From a phage, in the sequence record PZ445439.1: a stretch of DNA of 64,000 nt. One strand, written 5' to 3'. This document shows, piece after piece, positions 39,351-49,519 of the stretch. Numbering within the stretch: the first letter of the stretch is position 1; the number at the start of each line of letters is the position of its first letter. The translations under genes and the position numbers were made by a program. The notes beneath the pieces are model-generated. The model was not told the origin of the DNA. It ran no database searches and saw only the letters and a program-made list of their open reading frames with translations.

Positions 39351-39929
39351 TTAATTACCACGGGCTGCATTAGCAACGGCGTAAGCGTACTGAACATTAG
39401 CGTCCTTAAACGTACCTTTAGAGGTATCTATTTCTGCCTTAAAGCCGCCTTTAGCCATAACATCGGCAAATTCTTTACGGAAAGCCATTGCATCAAGACC
39501 TTTCCATGATGATTTGTGCTTGGCGAATTCAAGACCAGCGTAGTTGACAGCCTTAGCTAATTTATTATCAATGACCCATTTACCGGCTTTAGGCACAAAC
39601 TTCGGGCCTTTTTGTTTAGAGAACAGTTTTAAATTCCAGCGACGAAGATCACTGTCGGCTTTAACAAAAGCTGCGTCTAAGTTACTAGCAACAACATCTT
39701 CAATATGAGCAAATTTAAGTCCGTCAACTTCAATATTTAAATCGGTACGCCAGCGAAGTCCTTCCCAAGCGAAAGCTTTAAAATCGGAAGCTTTTGTAGC
39801 TAAGTATCGTTCAAGTGGAGCAGTTTTAGGGTCAAAGCCGTTTCCACCACGATAGTTCCACTCGTCCTTATTAATGCCTTTGGCCTTTACTACAGAAGCT
39901 TCAGCAATAAATTCTTGATACGTTTTCAT
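39351..39929 (-). CDS. ipIII: Internal protein III (capsid-targeted)
   Basis: 192 aa; N-terminal MKTYQEFIAE capsid-targeting sequence. Confidence 0.8.
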   Translation of the reverse strand: MKTYQEFIAEASVVKAKGINKDEWNYRGGNGFDPKTAPLERYLATKASDFKAFAWEGLRWRTDLNIEVDGLKFAHIEDVVASNLDAAFVKADSDLRRWNLKLFSKQKGPKFVPKAGKWVIDNKLAKAVNYAGLEFAKHKSSWKGLDAMAFRKEFADVMAKGGFKAEIDTSKGTFKDANVQYAYAVANAARGN

Positions 39930-39954
39930 TTTGTTCCTATTGATTTAATTTATG

Positions 39955-40269
39955 TTATTCTTTAGGGAAGTTTTTAGAGTATGCATCATAAAGTTTATTA
40001 CCGATGCGACGGAAGACTTTAGCTGCAAAACGGTTTTCAGGGTTTTTAATCATGATTTGCATCATGTAAGTTCCTGCATCCGAAAGAGCTTCTTCATAGT
40101 ACCCATTAATTTCTTTAAGAGTCCTACGTTTACCGCCAGGACCGTCAACAGTAATTTTCCATTTACCTGTAGAAGTGCGGCTCGGTGGCTCAACTTGTTC
40201 AATCCAAATATAACCACCTTCAACGCGTTGGTTGGCGGATTCTGCAATAAATTCTTGATACGTTTTCAT
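39955..40269 (-). CDS. ipII: Internal protein II-like (capsid-targeted)
   Basis: 104 aa; MKTYQEFIAE N-terminus. Confidence 0.7.
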   Translation of the reverse strand: MKTYQEFIAESANQRVEGGYIWIEQVEPPSRTSTGKWKITVDGPGGKRRTLKEINGYYEEALSDAGTYMMQIMIKNPENRFAAKVFRRIGNKLYDAYSKNFPKE

Positions 40270-40299
40270 TTTTGTTTCCTTGTTTGTTTTGATAGAGTA

Positions 40300-40329
40300 A
40301 TTATATCATATTAATACTTAAGCGTAAAC
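40300..40329 (-). promoter_or_regulatory. Early promoter (-35 GTTTAC, -10 GATATAAT)
   Basis: Upstream of ipII. Confidence 0.5.
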
Positions 40330-40332
40330 TGT

Positions 40333-40593
40333 TTAAGCTTTACCACCAGAAATAATTCCGAAGTTGTTAAAATCATATCCAATATCGTCAACATCTACTT
40401 TAGGGCTTGCTACAACATAAGCAATTTCACTACGTTTTGCATAGGTGTTTATTTCTCTACCATCGCCGCCTAGGAAAGAATACCCATTACGTTTTAATGA
40501 GCCAAAATCTTCGGCATCACCAACGAAAGCTTTAACTTTAAATTTGGGGCCTTTGGCATCTGCTTCAGCGATAAATTCTTGATACATTTTCAT
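40333..40593 (-). CDS. Additional internal-protein-like ORF with capsid-targeting N-terminus
   Basis: 86 aa; MKMYQEFIAE. Confidence 0.6.
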   Translation of the reverse strand: MKMYQEFIAEADAKGPKFKVKAFVGDAEDFGSLKRNGYSFLGGDGREINTYAKRSEIAYVVASPKVDVDDIGYDFNNFGIISGGKA

Positions 40594-40599
40594 TTTTCC

Positions 40600-41013
40600 T
40601 TAGTAAATTGATTTACCATAGTATTTGTACCAAGTAGGGCGTTGAGCAATTTTTTCATCTAAGCGAGCTTGACTTATCGCAATGGACGCTTCGGACGGGA
40701 CATAATTATTACGAAATTCGACAGGGATGTCGGAAATATCCTGGACAGTCGTGTCCTTGATTTTGAAACCACGTTTCAAGCATTCAGCGATTAGCTCGAT
40801 TTGACGTAAACGTAAAAATTCGAGTTTGTCGTAAAAGAATGTTACGTGACCTGTGCCTAAGATAAATGTTGGAGAGATTTTAAAATCCTTTACACGTTTA
40901 CCGTTTTGAACATGTTTACGGACTGCACCAAATACGCGTGGTAATTCACGATACTCAGCCATAAGATGTTGGTCGGTCAGTTCAGAAACAAGTGTTAAAT
41001 TGATACGAGTCAT
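40600..41013 (-). CDS. denV: Endonuclease V (pyrimidine dimer DNA glycosylase)
   Basis: 138 aa from [12 protein letters not shown]; matches recalled T4 DenV. Confidence 0.93.
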   Translation of the reverse strand: MTRINLTLVSELTDQHLMAEYRELPRVFGAVRKHVQNGKRVKDFKISPTFILGTGHVTFFYDKLEFLRLRQIELIAECLKRGFKIKDTTVQDISDIPVEFRNNYVPSEASIAISQARLDEKIAQRPTWYKYYGKSIY

Positions 41014-41038
41014 AATTTCCTCCAAGTAATTGATGAAT

Positions 41039-41070
41039 GTATAGTATCAAAGTCCTTGGAGGAAGTAAAC
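41039..41070 (-). promoter_or_regulatory. Early promoter
   Basis: -35 GTTTAC and -10 GATACTAT upstream of denV. Confidence 0.5.
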
Positions 41071-41071
41071 A

Positions 41072-41874
<803 letters not shown>

Positions 41875-42330
41875 TTAAAAGAGGCTGTTCATTATTCGGT
41901 AAAGTGAAGGACCCATCACATATTGCCACTGAGTACGAGGAATAAGAGCAAAAGCATCCATCTCTGGAATCATAACGCCATCTTTATTTTCAAAATAAGA
42001 CTCGCAATGGCAATTTCTGAACATCTCATGCTCTACTGGAATCGTATAATAAAATAGCTGTAAGTCTTTATTACTAGAATATTTAAATACACCTAGGTCT
42101 TCTAGAAGGTCTGGATTATAATTGCTAAAACCAGTCTCTTCTAAGCATTCTCTTCGTGCTGCATCTAATGCGCTTAAATCGGAATTTTCTACACGACCCT
42201 TTGGAATATCCCAACGATGTGCCATCATTCCAGGCTTACGAGAACCAGTAACCCGACCCATAAATAAATCTTTATCTTCTGTCATAAAGATAATACCAGC
42301 TGATAATGTTTTCATTTTAATTTCCTGCAT
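41875..42330 (-). CDS. nudE: Nudix hydrolase
   Basis: Nudix box GRVENSDLSALDAARRECLEETG. Confidence 0.85.
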   Translation of the reverse strand: MQEIKMKTLSAGIIFMTEDKDLFMGRVTGSRKPGMMAHRWDIPKGRVENSDLSALDAARRECLEETGFSNYNPDLLEDLGVFKYSSNKDLQLFYYTIPVEHEMFRNCHCESYFENKDGVMIPEMDAFALIPRTQWQYVMGPSLYRIMNSLF

Positions 42331-42815
42331 TCAGTAATAAAGTTATTTAAATTTTGAGTATATTTCTTTTCATCAAAAATCTTTTGTTGTCTGCGTAAAC
42401 GCCATGGCATTTCAATGAACACGCACCATATTCCTGATAATATTGCTGCAGTAAAAATATTAACAAATATAGTACAAAGAGCCCAATCTCCTATTCTGTC
42501 CATTGGATTTTTTCCAAAGAAGTAAAATACGAATGATGACACAGGAAGACTGATAGTATACCACAGAAGCATATTCTTGTCTGTAAACCAATCAGCGTTC
42601 GTTAACTTAGCGCGACCATTTTGAATACACACGAATTTATCATCTGTTACAGTAGATGGCTTAACTGGTTGATATCCCATTCTAAACTCCCTAATTAGCA
42701 AATTTTTCATATCTTCGGAACAGCCACTCCAGTCAACTCTATCAACTGAAATGCCATCATCCCCATCATCTAAATCATACCAGCGAGTTTTTAAAATCAT
42801 CTGATTTTCCTGCAA
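42312..42815 (-). CDS. Membrane protein
   Basis: 167 aa, hydrophobic segments. Confidence 0.55.
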   Translation of the reverse strand: MQENQMILKTRWYDLDDGDDGISVDRVDWSGCSEDMKNLLIREFRMGYQPVKPSTVTDDKFVCIQNGRAKLTNADWFTDKNMLLWYTISLPVSSFVFYFFGKNPMDRIGDWALCTIFVNIFTAAILSGIWCVFIEMPWRLRRQQKIFDEKKYTQNLNNFITECRKLK

Positions 42816-43159
42816 TCACTCACAAACTCTTTCATTGATTCATTTTCAATATAAGACATGTAGCTGTTATATTCTTTTAATTGTATTTTGTAATCCTTTT
42901 TTCTTTGCCAATTTATTTTAAAATTATCATAATGAAAATATAACATGATACCAAAGAATGAAAATGATGAAATCGCTATAGTATAATGAAGTTCACTCCA
43001 AACTTCTATTATATTTACTGTGCCGTCGATATTTAAAATAAGACAGTCAATTAACAATCCAATAAGACTACCCGCAAGAGCTGCAGCCAACGCCACAGCA
43101 AAAATTAAAAATGACTCAGGAAACGAATATTTGACTTTATTTAGTTTTGGCTTTTGCAC
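42797..43159 (-). CDS. Membrane protein
   Basis: 120 aa. Confidence 0.5.
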   Translation of the reverse strand: MQKPKLNKVKYSFPESFLIFAVALAAALAGSLIGLLIDCLILNIDGTVNIIEVWSELHYTIAISSFSFFGIMLYFHYDNFKINWQRKKDYKIQLKEYNSYMSYIENESMKEFVSDCRKIR

Positions 43160-43554
43160 CGTGATTCCTTAACAAATTTCATAATTTCATCAAATTCATA
43201 CGCAGCAAGTTTAAGCTGGTGTTCCTTTTTAATCTTTTTACACTGAGCTTTCCAATCGCGTATGCGTTTACGATAATGTCTTCCTTGATACCAGTATCCT
43301 ACCCAATTTACAGGTACTAATAAAAATGGAACTATCATTGGAAGAATTAGTGTTGACGCAAATATTATATTAGATTCAATATCAGTCATAACATCTATAA
43401 CTATTCCAACCCCCAGTAGAATTACAAATGATACAGCTATTACAGGACCTATTAATACATCAGTAGAAATTAGCTGGCGCTTTAATTCATACTTCAACGG
43501 TTTACTTGGAAGATACATTGATGGCTTTGACATATTCTCTACATTCCTTAACAA
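43141..43554 (-). CDS. Membrane protein
   Basis: 137 aa. Confidence 0.5.
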   Translation of the reverse strand: MLRNVENMSKPSMYLPSKPLKYELKRQLISTDVLIGPVIAVSFVILLGVGIVIDVMTDIESNIIFASTLILPMIVPFLLVPVNWVGYWYQGRHYRKRIRDWKAQCKKIKKEHQLKLAAYEFDEIMKFVKESRCKSQN

Positions 43555-44110
43555 ATTTTTCTAGTAATAAATCGCTTTCAAAATTAGGATTTTCCACGAA
43601 TTTATCAAAAAGATCATCAACAACGGTTAAAATATTCTTTTTGCTAAGAATACGTTTATTTTCATGCTTCGTTTCAGAATCAACTATAAGAGTAAAGAAA
43701 TATTTCTTGCCACGAAATTTTACGGTAGTATCAATATAAAATAAATTTGACTTTTGTAAATTACGTTTAAACCATGCGTCACTCAAACTATAAATGCCAA
43801 GATAATCATAATCGTCATTTAAATAACAAACTGTCCATTCAGGAGAAATGAAATCAGTAAATTCAACATCAAAATCACAGGTCAATGAATGAATTGATTC
43901 AATACTGTTAATAAGTATTCCAGGACGTATTAAAGACTTTTTACCTCTTGAAAATCTTCCAGAAAGGCTTTCATCAGTTTCATATGAAGAACCCCAATAG
44001 TAATTACGTCCTTCTGCCATGCGTTTAAGAGCATTTAGTAATTGGTCTGGAACATCAACCTGTCTTTGGAACTCTTCAAACATTGAATTGAAATCACTTT
44101 GCATTTTCAT
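43502..44110 (-). CDS. Hypothetical protein
   Basis: 202 aa ORF. Confidence 0.55.
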   Translation of the reverse strand: MKMQSDFNSMFEEFQRQVDVPDQLLNALKRMAEGRNYYWGSSYETDESLSGRFSRGKKSLIRPGILINSIESIHSLTCDFDVEFTDFISPEWTVCYLNDDYDYLGIYSLSDAWFKRNLQKSNLFYIDTTVKFRGKKYFFTLIVDSETKHENKRILSKKNILTVVDDLFDKFVENPNFESDLLLEKFVKECREYVKAINVSSK

Positions 44111-44151
44111 TCCTATTTACTCCAAGTAATAGGGGCCGAAGCCCCTTATTA

Positions 44152-44745
44152 TCATTTCAGAGAATTAATGTATTCCTGAACATCGGCAGAGGTAGTTTCA
44201 ACCCCGGAAATATTACCATTAAAGGTTTCAACTCGAGCAAGGGTATCTTCAATATCAACCTTAGTCAGCGCTGCAATTTCAACTACATCATCGGCAGTAC
44301 TAATTCCAAGGGCATTTGCTGCACGAGTTTCACGGATATATTCCAATTTAACTGCAAGTTCTTGGCGAGCATCATCTAACTCAACTACTTTCTTGGCGAT
44401 TTCAATTCGCATTTCAGCATAACCGTCAGCCTTAGTAGTCAACTGCTCAGCTGTTCGACGATATAGTAAACCGAGTTTAGCATGCATTGTTACATCTTGA
44501 CCTTCAGAAAGAAGCTTGCGAATTTCACGCTCTTTTGATTCGGCCTGCTTATTCTTTTCGACAATAAGTTCACGAATACGTTTTTCTTCATTAATAGATT
44601 TAACAGAAGCAGTTTTTAGGTCTTTAATTTTATCAAGTAGTTTTGCTGCTGCAGCAGTATACTGTTCTTCAACAGATAAATTTTTAGCCATAGCAGAACC
44701 AAGTTTAGTGCGAATAAACTCAACAATTTTCTTCAGTGTGTTCAT
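44152..44745 (-). CDS. Coiled-coil PspA/IM30-like protein
   Basis: 197 aa, long helical heptad pattern. Confidence 0.5.
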
Positions 44746-44788
44746 AGTATTTCCTTAGGTTAATTAAGATTTAAAATCCATGAGAGTA

Positions 44789-44965
44789 TTATACTCCGGA
44801 TAGTTTGTAAACTATTTTAACATCGCCTTTTGCTGCTTTATAACCTTCAGCCCAAGATATAACAGAGTTTTTATCTGAAGATTCAAATTCTGGCATTGGG
44901 CTTTCGCCAATGTTCACACAATATGTTTCTTCATTTTCGTCGAACCAAATAATTAAAGTAGTCAT
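44789..44965 (-). CDS. Hypothetical 58 aa protein, not in ORF track
   Basis: ATG 44965 to TAA 44789; read by hand. Confidence 0.3.
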   Translation of the reverse strand: MTTLIIWFDENEETYCVNIGESPMPEFESSDKNSVISWAEGYKAAKGDVKIVYKLSGV

Positions 44966-45033
44966 TTATTTCTCCGTTTCTATATTTGTTTTGATAAGTC
45001 TATAATAACACCGTCCTTGGTGTTTGTACACAA

Positions 45034-45309
45034 TTATTTCATATTATTGAAATATTCTTCTGCGATTTCGTCGTTATCATGGTAAACTTTAGAAGACAGT
45101 TTAACATAACCTTCAGCAGCGAACATGTTAATCACAACCTTTACAGTATACCACTGACCGTCTTCATTACCCATTACTGCATAGGTTTCAAACATCGGAT
45201 GGTCAGGACCGATAACTTTAATATCATTCACCGTACGACCAAAATCTTCTGAAACACATTTCATAAAGAAGTTGAACAGTTCACCGTAATTATCCATTTC
45301 GTTCTCCAA
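45034..45309 (-). CDS. Hypothetical protein
   Basis: 91 aa ORF. Confidence 0.55.
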   Translation of the reverse strand: MENEMDNYGELFNFFMKCVSEDFGRTVNDIKVIGPDHPMFETYAVMGNEDGQWYTVKVVINMFAAEGYVKLSSKVYHDNDEIAEEYFNNMK

Positions 45310-45338
45310 GTTGTTTTCTGTATCAGTAGTTGATAGTT

Positions 45339-45370
45339 GTATAGTACCATGGAAGAACAGGGATGTAAAC
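45339..45370 (-). promoter_or_regulatory. Early promoter
   Basis: Repeat-family member. Confidence 0.6.
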
Positions 45371-45503
45371 AGTTTTGTGAAAAAATTTTTAAAAAGTTTT
45401 GGGGAATTCTAGGGCAGGGAGAGGCAATTAAAGGATAGGATAATATATTATAAAGGGTAGAAACTAAATGATGCCTAGAGAGGCCCGGAAAGGCTTAGAT
45501 ACC

Positions 45504-45534
45504 AAAAAGCCCCAACCTTTCGGCTGAGGCTAAG
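45504..45534 (-). terminator. Terminator-like hairpin, copy 1 of a 31 bp direct repeat
   Basis: AAAAAGCCCCAACCTTTCGGCTGAGGCTAAG; one mismatch to copy at 46059. Confidence 0.55.
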
Positions 45535-45538
45535 AATG

Positions 45539-46012
45539 TTATTTGATTTGTTTAGCAGACCAAATGCGGTCTTTAATAATTTTTTGGATGTCTTCAACAT
45601 ACTCAAGAGAGTGAACATGCGGGTTATCTTTGAAACTATAAGCACGAGCTAACTTTTGGCCTTCAGTTTTGATTACTAAAAGCTCTTTAAGGATAGCTTC
45701 ATATTTGGAGATAATTCCTTTAACAATATTTTTCTCTTGTGCTACTTTAGGATCTGCTTTAGGAGCAGGTTTACCTGAAGCCTTTGCAAAAGCAGCTCCA
45801 GTAGCAACTAAACTTTTCCAAGCCATACTAACTGCATTTCCCGTAAATCCTTCTGCTTTCATATCGCGAGCAAATTGGAATCGCGATTCATCAGAAGCAT
45901 CTTTATAGGAATATTTACCCGCGGCAATGGCAGCTTTTGCGACAGCTTGAATTTCAGTGCTAGATGCTTCATTTAACACCGCTTCATTTAAAAATTGAGC
46001 ATATGATTTCAT
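45539..46012 (-). CDS. Capsid-targeting-sequence protein (candidate novel internal protein)
   Basis: MKSYAQFLNEAVLNEA N-terminus; late promoter upstream; 157 aa. Confidence 0.6.
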   Translation of the reverse strand: MKSYAQFLNEAVLNEASSTEIQAVAKAAIAAGKYSYKDASDESRFQFARDMKAEGFTGNAVSMAWKSLVATGAAFAKASGKPAPKADPKVAQEKNIVKGIISKYEAILKELLVIKTEGQKLARAYSFKDNPHVHSLEYVEDIQKIIKDRIWSAKQIK

Positions 46013-46048
46013 CTTATTTCCTGTTTTAATTCGTGGTTTTAATATACT

Positions 46049-46056
46049 TATTTATA
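46049..46056 (-). promoter_or_regulatory. Late promoter TATAAATA
   Basis: Upstream of ORF 45539..46012. Confidence 0.55.
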
Positions 46057-46058
46057 CT

Positions 46059-46089
46059 AAAAAGCCCCAACCTTTCGGCTGGGGCTAAG
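46059..46089 (-). terminator. Intrinsic terminator after the tRNA cluster (GNRA-loop hairpin plus U-run), copy 2 of the 31 bp repeat
   Basis: GCCCCAGCC-GAAA-GGUUGGGGC followed by UUUUU. Confidence 0.65.
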
Positions 46090-46129
46090 CCTTGCGGCAA
46101 CCTTGTCGGGGTTCCACCTGCTAAGGCAA

Positions 46130-46402
46130 GTGTTTGTACGAAACGCCGGGATTCGAACCCGGTTACCAAGCAGTTGACGCTACTCAATATTTTTAAAAGG
46201 CCATATCTCGACCATATCCGAACGTTCCGTCAAAAACGCTACTCGGCTTATGGCAAAGATATTTCCTCGAATCGATAATTCGGTGCGCCGTTTCTGCTGT
46301 GATATAAGGGGACATTAACAGATCGTAAAGATTTGTTAATGTCAGTCCTTAAACAGGGAACATCAGTCCGACGACTTACCGGTAGCGACCCGGCTTCTTG
46401 TC
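46130..46402 (-). ncRNA. tRNA-like stable RNA region (T4 species 1/2, rnaC/rnaD-like)
   Basis: tRNA-like T-arm CCGGGTTCGAATCCCGG at 46146..46162 plus acceptor-like 3' end; lies between tRNA-Arg and terminator. Confidence 0.45.
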
Positions 46403-46479
<77 letters not shown>

Positions 46480-46482
46480 TAG

Positions 46483-47148
46483 TTAAAATTTCATTTTTCG
46501 ACCTTTAAACCATCCTTCTGGAATTGGGTCAGTTTTCTTAATACGTTTAGAAACTTTTTCATCTAATGAATGAATCCACATCATACCAAATTGGGAATTC
46601 TTTTCACCTTTTTGGTGATTATTTTTAGCATGAATTTCTTTCATTTTATTAATAGTTTCAGGAGTATGGGTCTTACCCAAGAAAGATTTAGTATTTAAAA
46701 ATTTCTCTCTATACTTAGGATTATCCCAAAGCTGTTTAAACCTTTCTGAACCCATTTTACGATATTTTTCTTTAAGGTCTGGGTCGTTCTCAAATCTGGT
46801 TTTAAAAGCAGCAGCCCCTTTTAAGGAAGCTTCTTTCTTTTTATCCAAATATTCTTTAGTGTTTAAATGGTCCCAACCACCTTCACCACCTAATTTCAAA
46901 TTATAAACATCAGGGCGCTTTAAAAACTCTTCAGTCAAAATATTCTTTTCTGACTCAAACATAGAGGTTTTATCGTCAAAGAACTCTAATATTTCTTTAG
47001 AGAAATTTTCTATACCATACTTGTCTTGGGCTCTTTTTAATAATTTACCAGAACCCATATATCCATCATCTAAATTTTCGGTAGAATGAGCGCCTATATA
47101 GATTTTATTATTAATTTTATTTGTTATTTTATAAGTGTAATGGAACAT
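46483..47148 (-). mobile_element. segB: GIY-YIG homing endonuclease SegB
   Basis: 221 aa; YTYKITNKINNKIYIGA motif; sits inside the tRNA cluster as T4 segB. Confidence 0.85.
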
Positions 47149-47189
47149 AAATATCTCCTATTTCTAAGAGTATTTATGTTCCCAAAATA

Positions 47190-47261
47190 TGGCCCTGGGT
47201 GGAATTGAACCACCATCTGGCGATTATGAGTCGCTTGCTTGAACCTTCCAGCTACAGGGCC
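47190..47261 (-). tRNA. tRNA-Ile (anticodon CAU)
   Basis: Hand-folded; anticodon loop CUCAUAA. Confidence 0.75.
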
Positions 47262-47262
47262 T

Positions 47263-47338
47263 TGGTGCTGATTGACGGAATCGAACCGCCGACCTTCTCA
47301 TTACAAGTGAGTTGCTCTACCTACTGAGCTAAATCAGC
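47263..47338 (-). tRNA. tRNA-Thr (anticodon UGU)
   Basis: Hand-folded; anticodon loop CUUGUAA; CCA encoded. Confidence 0.8.
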
Positions 47339-47345
47339 GAAATTA

Positions 47346-47432
47346 CGGAGGCGATAGGATTTGAACCTATGAGTCGCCGGAGCGACTGCCGGTTTTCAAG
47401 ACCGGTGCATTAAACCACTCTGCCACGCCTCC
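47346..47432 (-). tRNA. tRNA-Ser (anticodon UGA), long variable arm
   Basis: Hand-folded; anticodon loop CUUGAAA. Confidence 0.8.
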
Positions 47433-47434
47433 AG

Positions 47435-47508
47435 TCTCCGTGGCAGGATTTGAACCTACGACATTCTGCTCCCAAAGCAGACGCTCTACCAAACTGAGCT
47501 ACACGGAG
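47435..47508 (-). tRNA. tRNA-Pro (anticodon UGG)
   Basis: Hand-folded; anticodon loop UUUGGGA. Confidence 0.8.
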
Positions 47509-47520
47509 TAAATTAAATTT

Positions 47521-47592
<72 letters not shown>

Positions 47593-47598
47593 AAACTT

Positions 47599-47685
47599 TG
47601 GTACGAGAAGTGGGACTCGAACCCACAAGGAAATCATTCCGCAGCATTTTAAGTGCTGTGCCTTTACCAATTTGACCATTCTCGC
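47599..47685 (-). tRNA. tRNA-Leu (anticodon UAA), long variable arm
   Basis: Hand-folded; anticodon loop CUUAAAA; CCA encoded. Confidence 0.8.
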
Positions 47686-47686
47686 G

Positions 47687-47759
47687 CTGGGAATAAAGGA
47701 CTCGAACCTTTGCATCTAGCAGTCAAAGTGCTATGCCTTACCAACTTGGCTAATTCCCA
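47687..47759 (-). tRNA. tRNA-Gln (anticodon UUG)
   Basis: Hand-folded; anticodon loop CUUUGAC. Confidence 0.8.
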
Positions 47760-47845
47760 ATTATTAACAAAGGCTCTCAAACAAGAACCCTTGATGATAG
47801 AGGGTATTAATCAGTGCGGTATGAGTTAATAATAACAAATAATTC

Positions 47846-48361
47846 TTAAAGCAAATTAAACATTTTAACGGTCGGCAAAACAATTTCTTTTTCTATATAA
47901 GAGTATTTAACACTCTCAACTACACGCAAAAAATCATAATCATAATACTCAGAAGCACTGCCTAAAATATTAATAAGTCCTTCAAGCACTTTATTACCAT
48001 TCACAAAGAATAAGTCAAATACACGTTCTTCGTCTTCTTCGGATTTATTACCAAGGTCAACTTCTATGTCAAAGACCTTTTTAATGAATTCTGGATAAAG
48101 TTGTTCTGAGAACAGTCCTTCAACCAAGTATTCATAAATAAAAAGCGATTGCTCGCTGAACAAGCCATTACCACAATAACGTTCAGCTTTAGTACTAGAA
48201 TGTCTACTTTTAAACTTCTTTAAAAGATATTGAAATTGTAAGATTTCATGCTCTTCTACGCCAAACAGTGTTTTAGTTTTATAGTTGTCACCATCATTTT
48301 CCCAGGTAGTGACATCAATTACGTAACCCTGTGGAATTGTAGTACCTAAACAAATATTCAT
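47846..48361 (-). CDS. Hypothetical protein
   Basis: 171 aa ORF. Confidence 0.55.
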   Translation of the reverse strand: MNICLGTTIPQGYVIDVTTWENDGDNYKTKTLFGVEEHEILQFQYLLKKFKSRHSSTKAERYCGNGLFSEQSLFIYEYLVEGLFSEQLYPEFIKKVFDIEVDLGNKSEEDEERVFDLFFVNGNKVLEGLINILGSASEYYDYDFLRVVESVKYSYIEKEIVLPTVKMFNLL

Positions 48362-48651
48362 TTGCTCACCATATTAATGTAAGTATATTCAATACATTCA
48401 AGACCCAAAGGATTCTTGAAAATATCATATTCAAGAGGACCTTTTTCCGTTTCAATAAAGAAATCAAAATTTACTGTATTAAATTTACGGTCTTCCTTCA
48501 CTAATTTAACCTGAGAAGATGAACGGTCAATGTAAACCTTTTCAACTTCAAAACATGTTAAAATGCCATAATCATCAATCAAGGCTTTAGCTGCTTCTTG
48601 ATCATATTTATATCCATTTTCAATGGATGATACTTTAGCATAAAGAATCAT
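48358..48651 (-). CDS. Hypothetical protein
   Basis: Track ORF begins with GTG; ATG at 48651; its 5' end is one copy of a 26 bp direct repeat. Confidence 0.5.
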   Translation of the reverse strand: MILYAKVSSIENGYKYDQEAAKALIDDYGILTCFEVEKVYIDRSSSQVKLVKEDRKFNTVNFDFFIETEKGPLEYDIFKNPLGLECIEYTYINMVSK

Positions 48652-48653
48652 TA

Positions 48654-49034
48654 TCACACTCCGTAGTCTATCTTGACCAATCTACCTTTGTAGTAGCCAA
48701 AGTTCTTTGGAAAGGCATCATACTCAAAGAAATCACGGTCAAGCGTTCTGCATTCATCACCATCAACATCATTATAGAGCTTTTGCAAATCAGATTTAAA
48801 AAGCTCCTTATCCTCAACTGGCTCTGCTTTGTGCATCACAACCATGAGACCAAATCTGTTTGAGTATGCTATTGGGCATAGGTGCTTGTTATCATACCCC
48901 TTCCACTGACCTTCTGTAAGATTGCTGAGCATACCCTGCACGAAGTGTTTCCATGTCTTGGGGATAGGGAATTTAATAGCATACTTACGTGTTAGTAGTA
49001 CCCATCTGGTTCCACCCGATTTAATTAATTTCAT
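48654..49034 (-). CDS. Hypothetical protein bracketed by 26 bp direct repeats
   Basis: 126 aa; N-terminus KSGGTRWV...YAIKF weakly resembles a nucleotide-binding Gly loop. Confidence 0.5.
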   Translation of the reverse strand: MKLIKSGGTRWVLLTRKYAIKFPIPKTWKHFVQGMLSNLTEGQWKGYDNKHLCPIAYSNRFGLMVVMHKAEPVEDKELFKSDLQKLYNDVDGDECRTLDRDFFEYDAFPKNFGYYKGRLVKIDYGV

Positions 49035-49108
49035 AGTCTCAGCTACCTCAATATTAATTTAAGCAATATCATTCCTATAAGGTAGTACTTTAGCATAAAG
49101 AATCATTA

Positions 49109-49519
49109 TCAGCCTCTATCAACGATAGCATGAGTATGGGCATTTACGATTTGCCACCAGTCGAAACGATTGGAACCATAATCTGGTTTATTTTCATTTT
49201 CTTTAATGATATCACGCAATTTATCTTCTGTTTCAGCATACGCAATTAAATCATCATATCCACCACAAGGATAATAATTATCACCTGCGAATAAAAGAAA
49301 ATTTACCTTAGATGGATTTACGTAATAATGGTCTTTAGGATATTTAGTTCCTCTCCAATCAGTTACTTCAACATAACGGTAAGAAAATCCATTTTTACTT
49401 TCAATCCAACTCCACGCTTCAAAAGGAGTATTAAAAACTTTATCAGGTATTAAATTACCTTCAAAATGAGAAGGATTTGCATAATCCCCGGCATAAACAT
49501 AATATTCGTTAATACTCAT
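49109..49519 (-). CDS. Hypothetical protein
   Basis: 136 aa ORF. Confidence 0.55.
   Translation of the reverse strand: MSINEYYVYAGDYANPSHFEGNLIPDKVFNTPFEAWSWIESKNGFSYRYVEVTDWRGTKYPKDHYYVNPSKVNFLLFAGDNYYPCGGYDDLIAYAETEDKLRDIIKENENKPDYGSNRFDWWQIVNAHTHAIVDRG

Noticed and set aside
44787-44812. Possible early promoter overlapping the 3' end of the 58 aa ORF
   Set aside because: The -35 to -10 spacing is only about 13 nt, too short for a functional sigma70 promoter.
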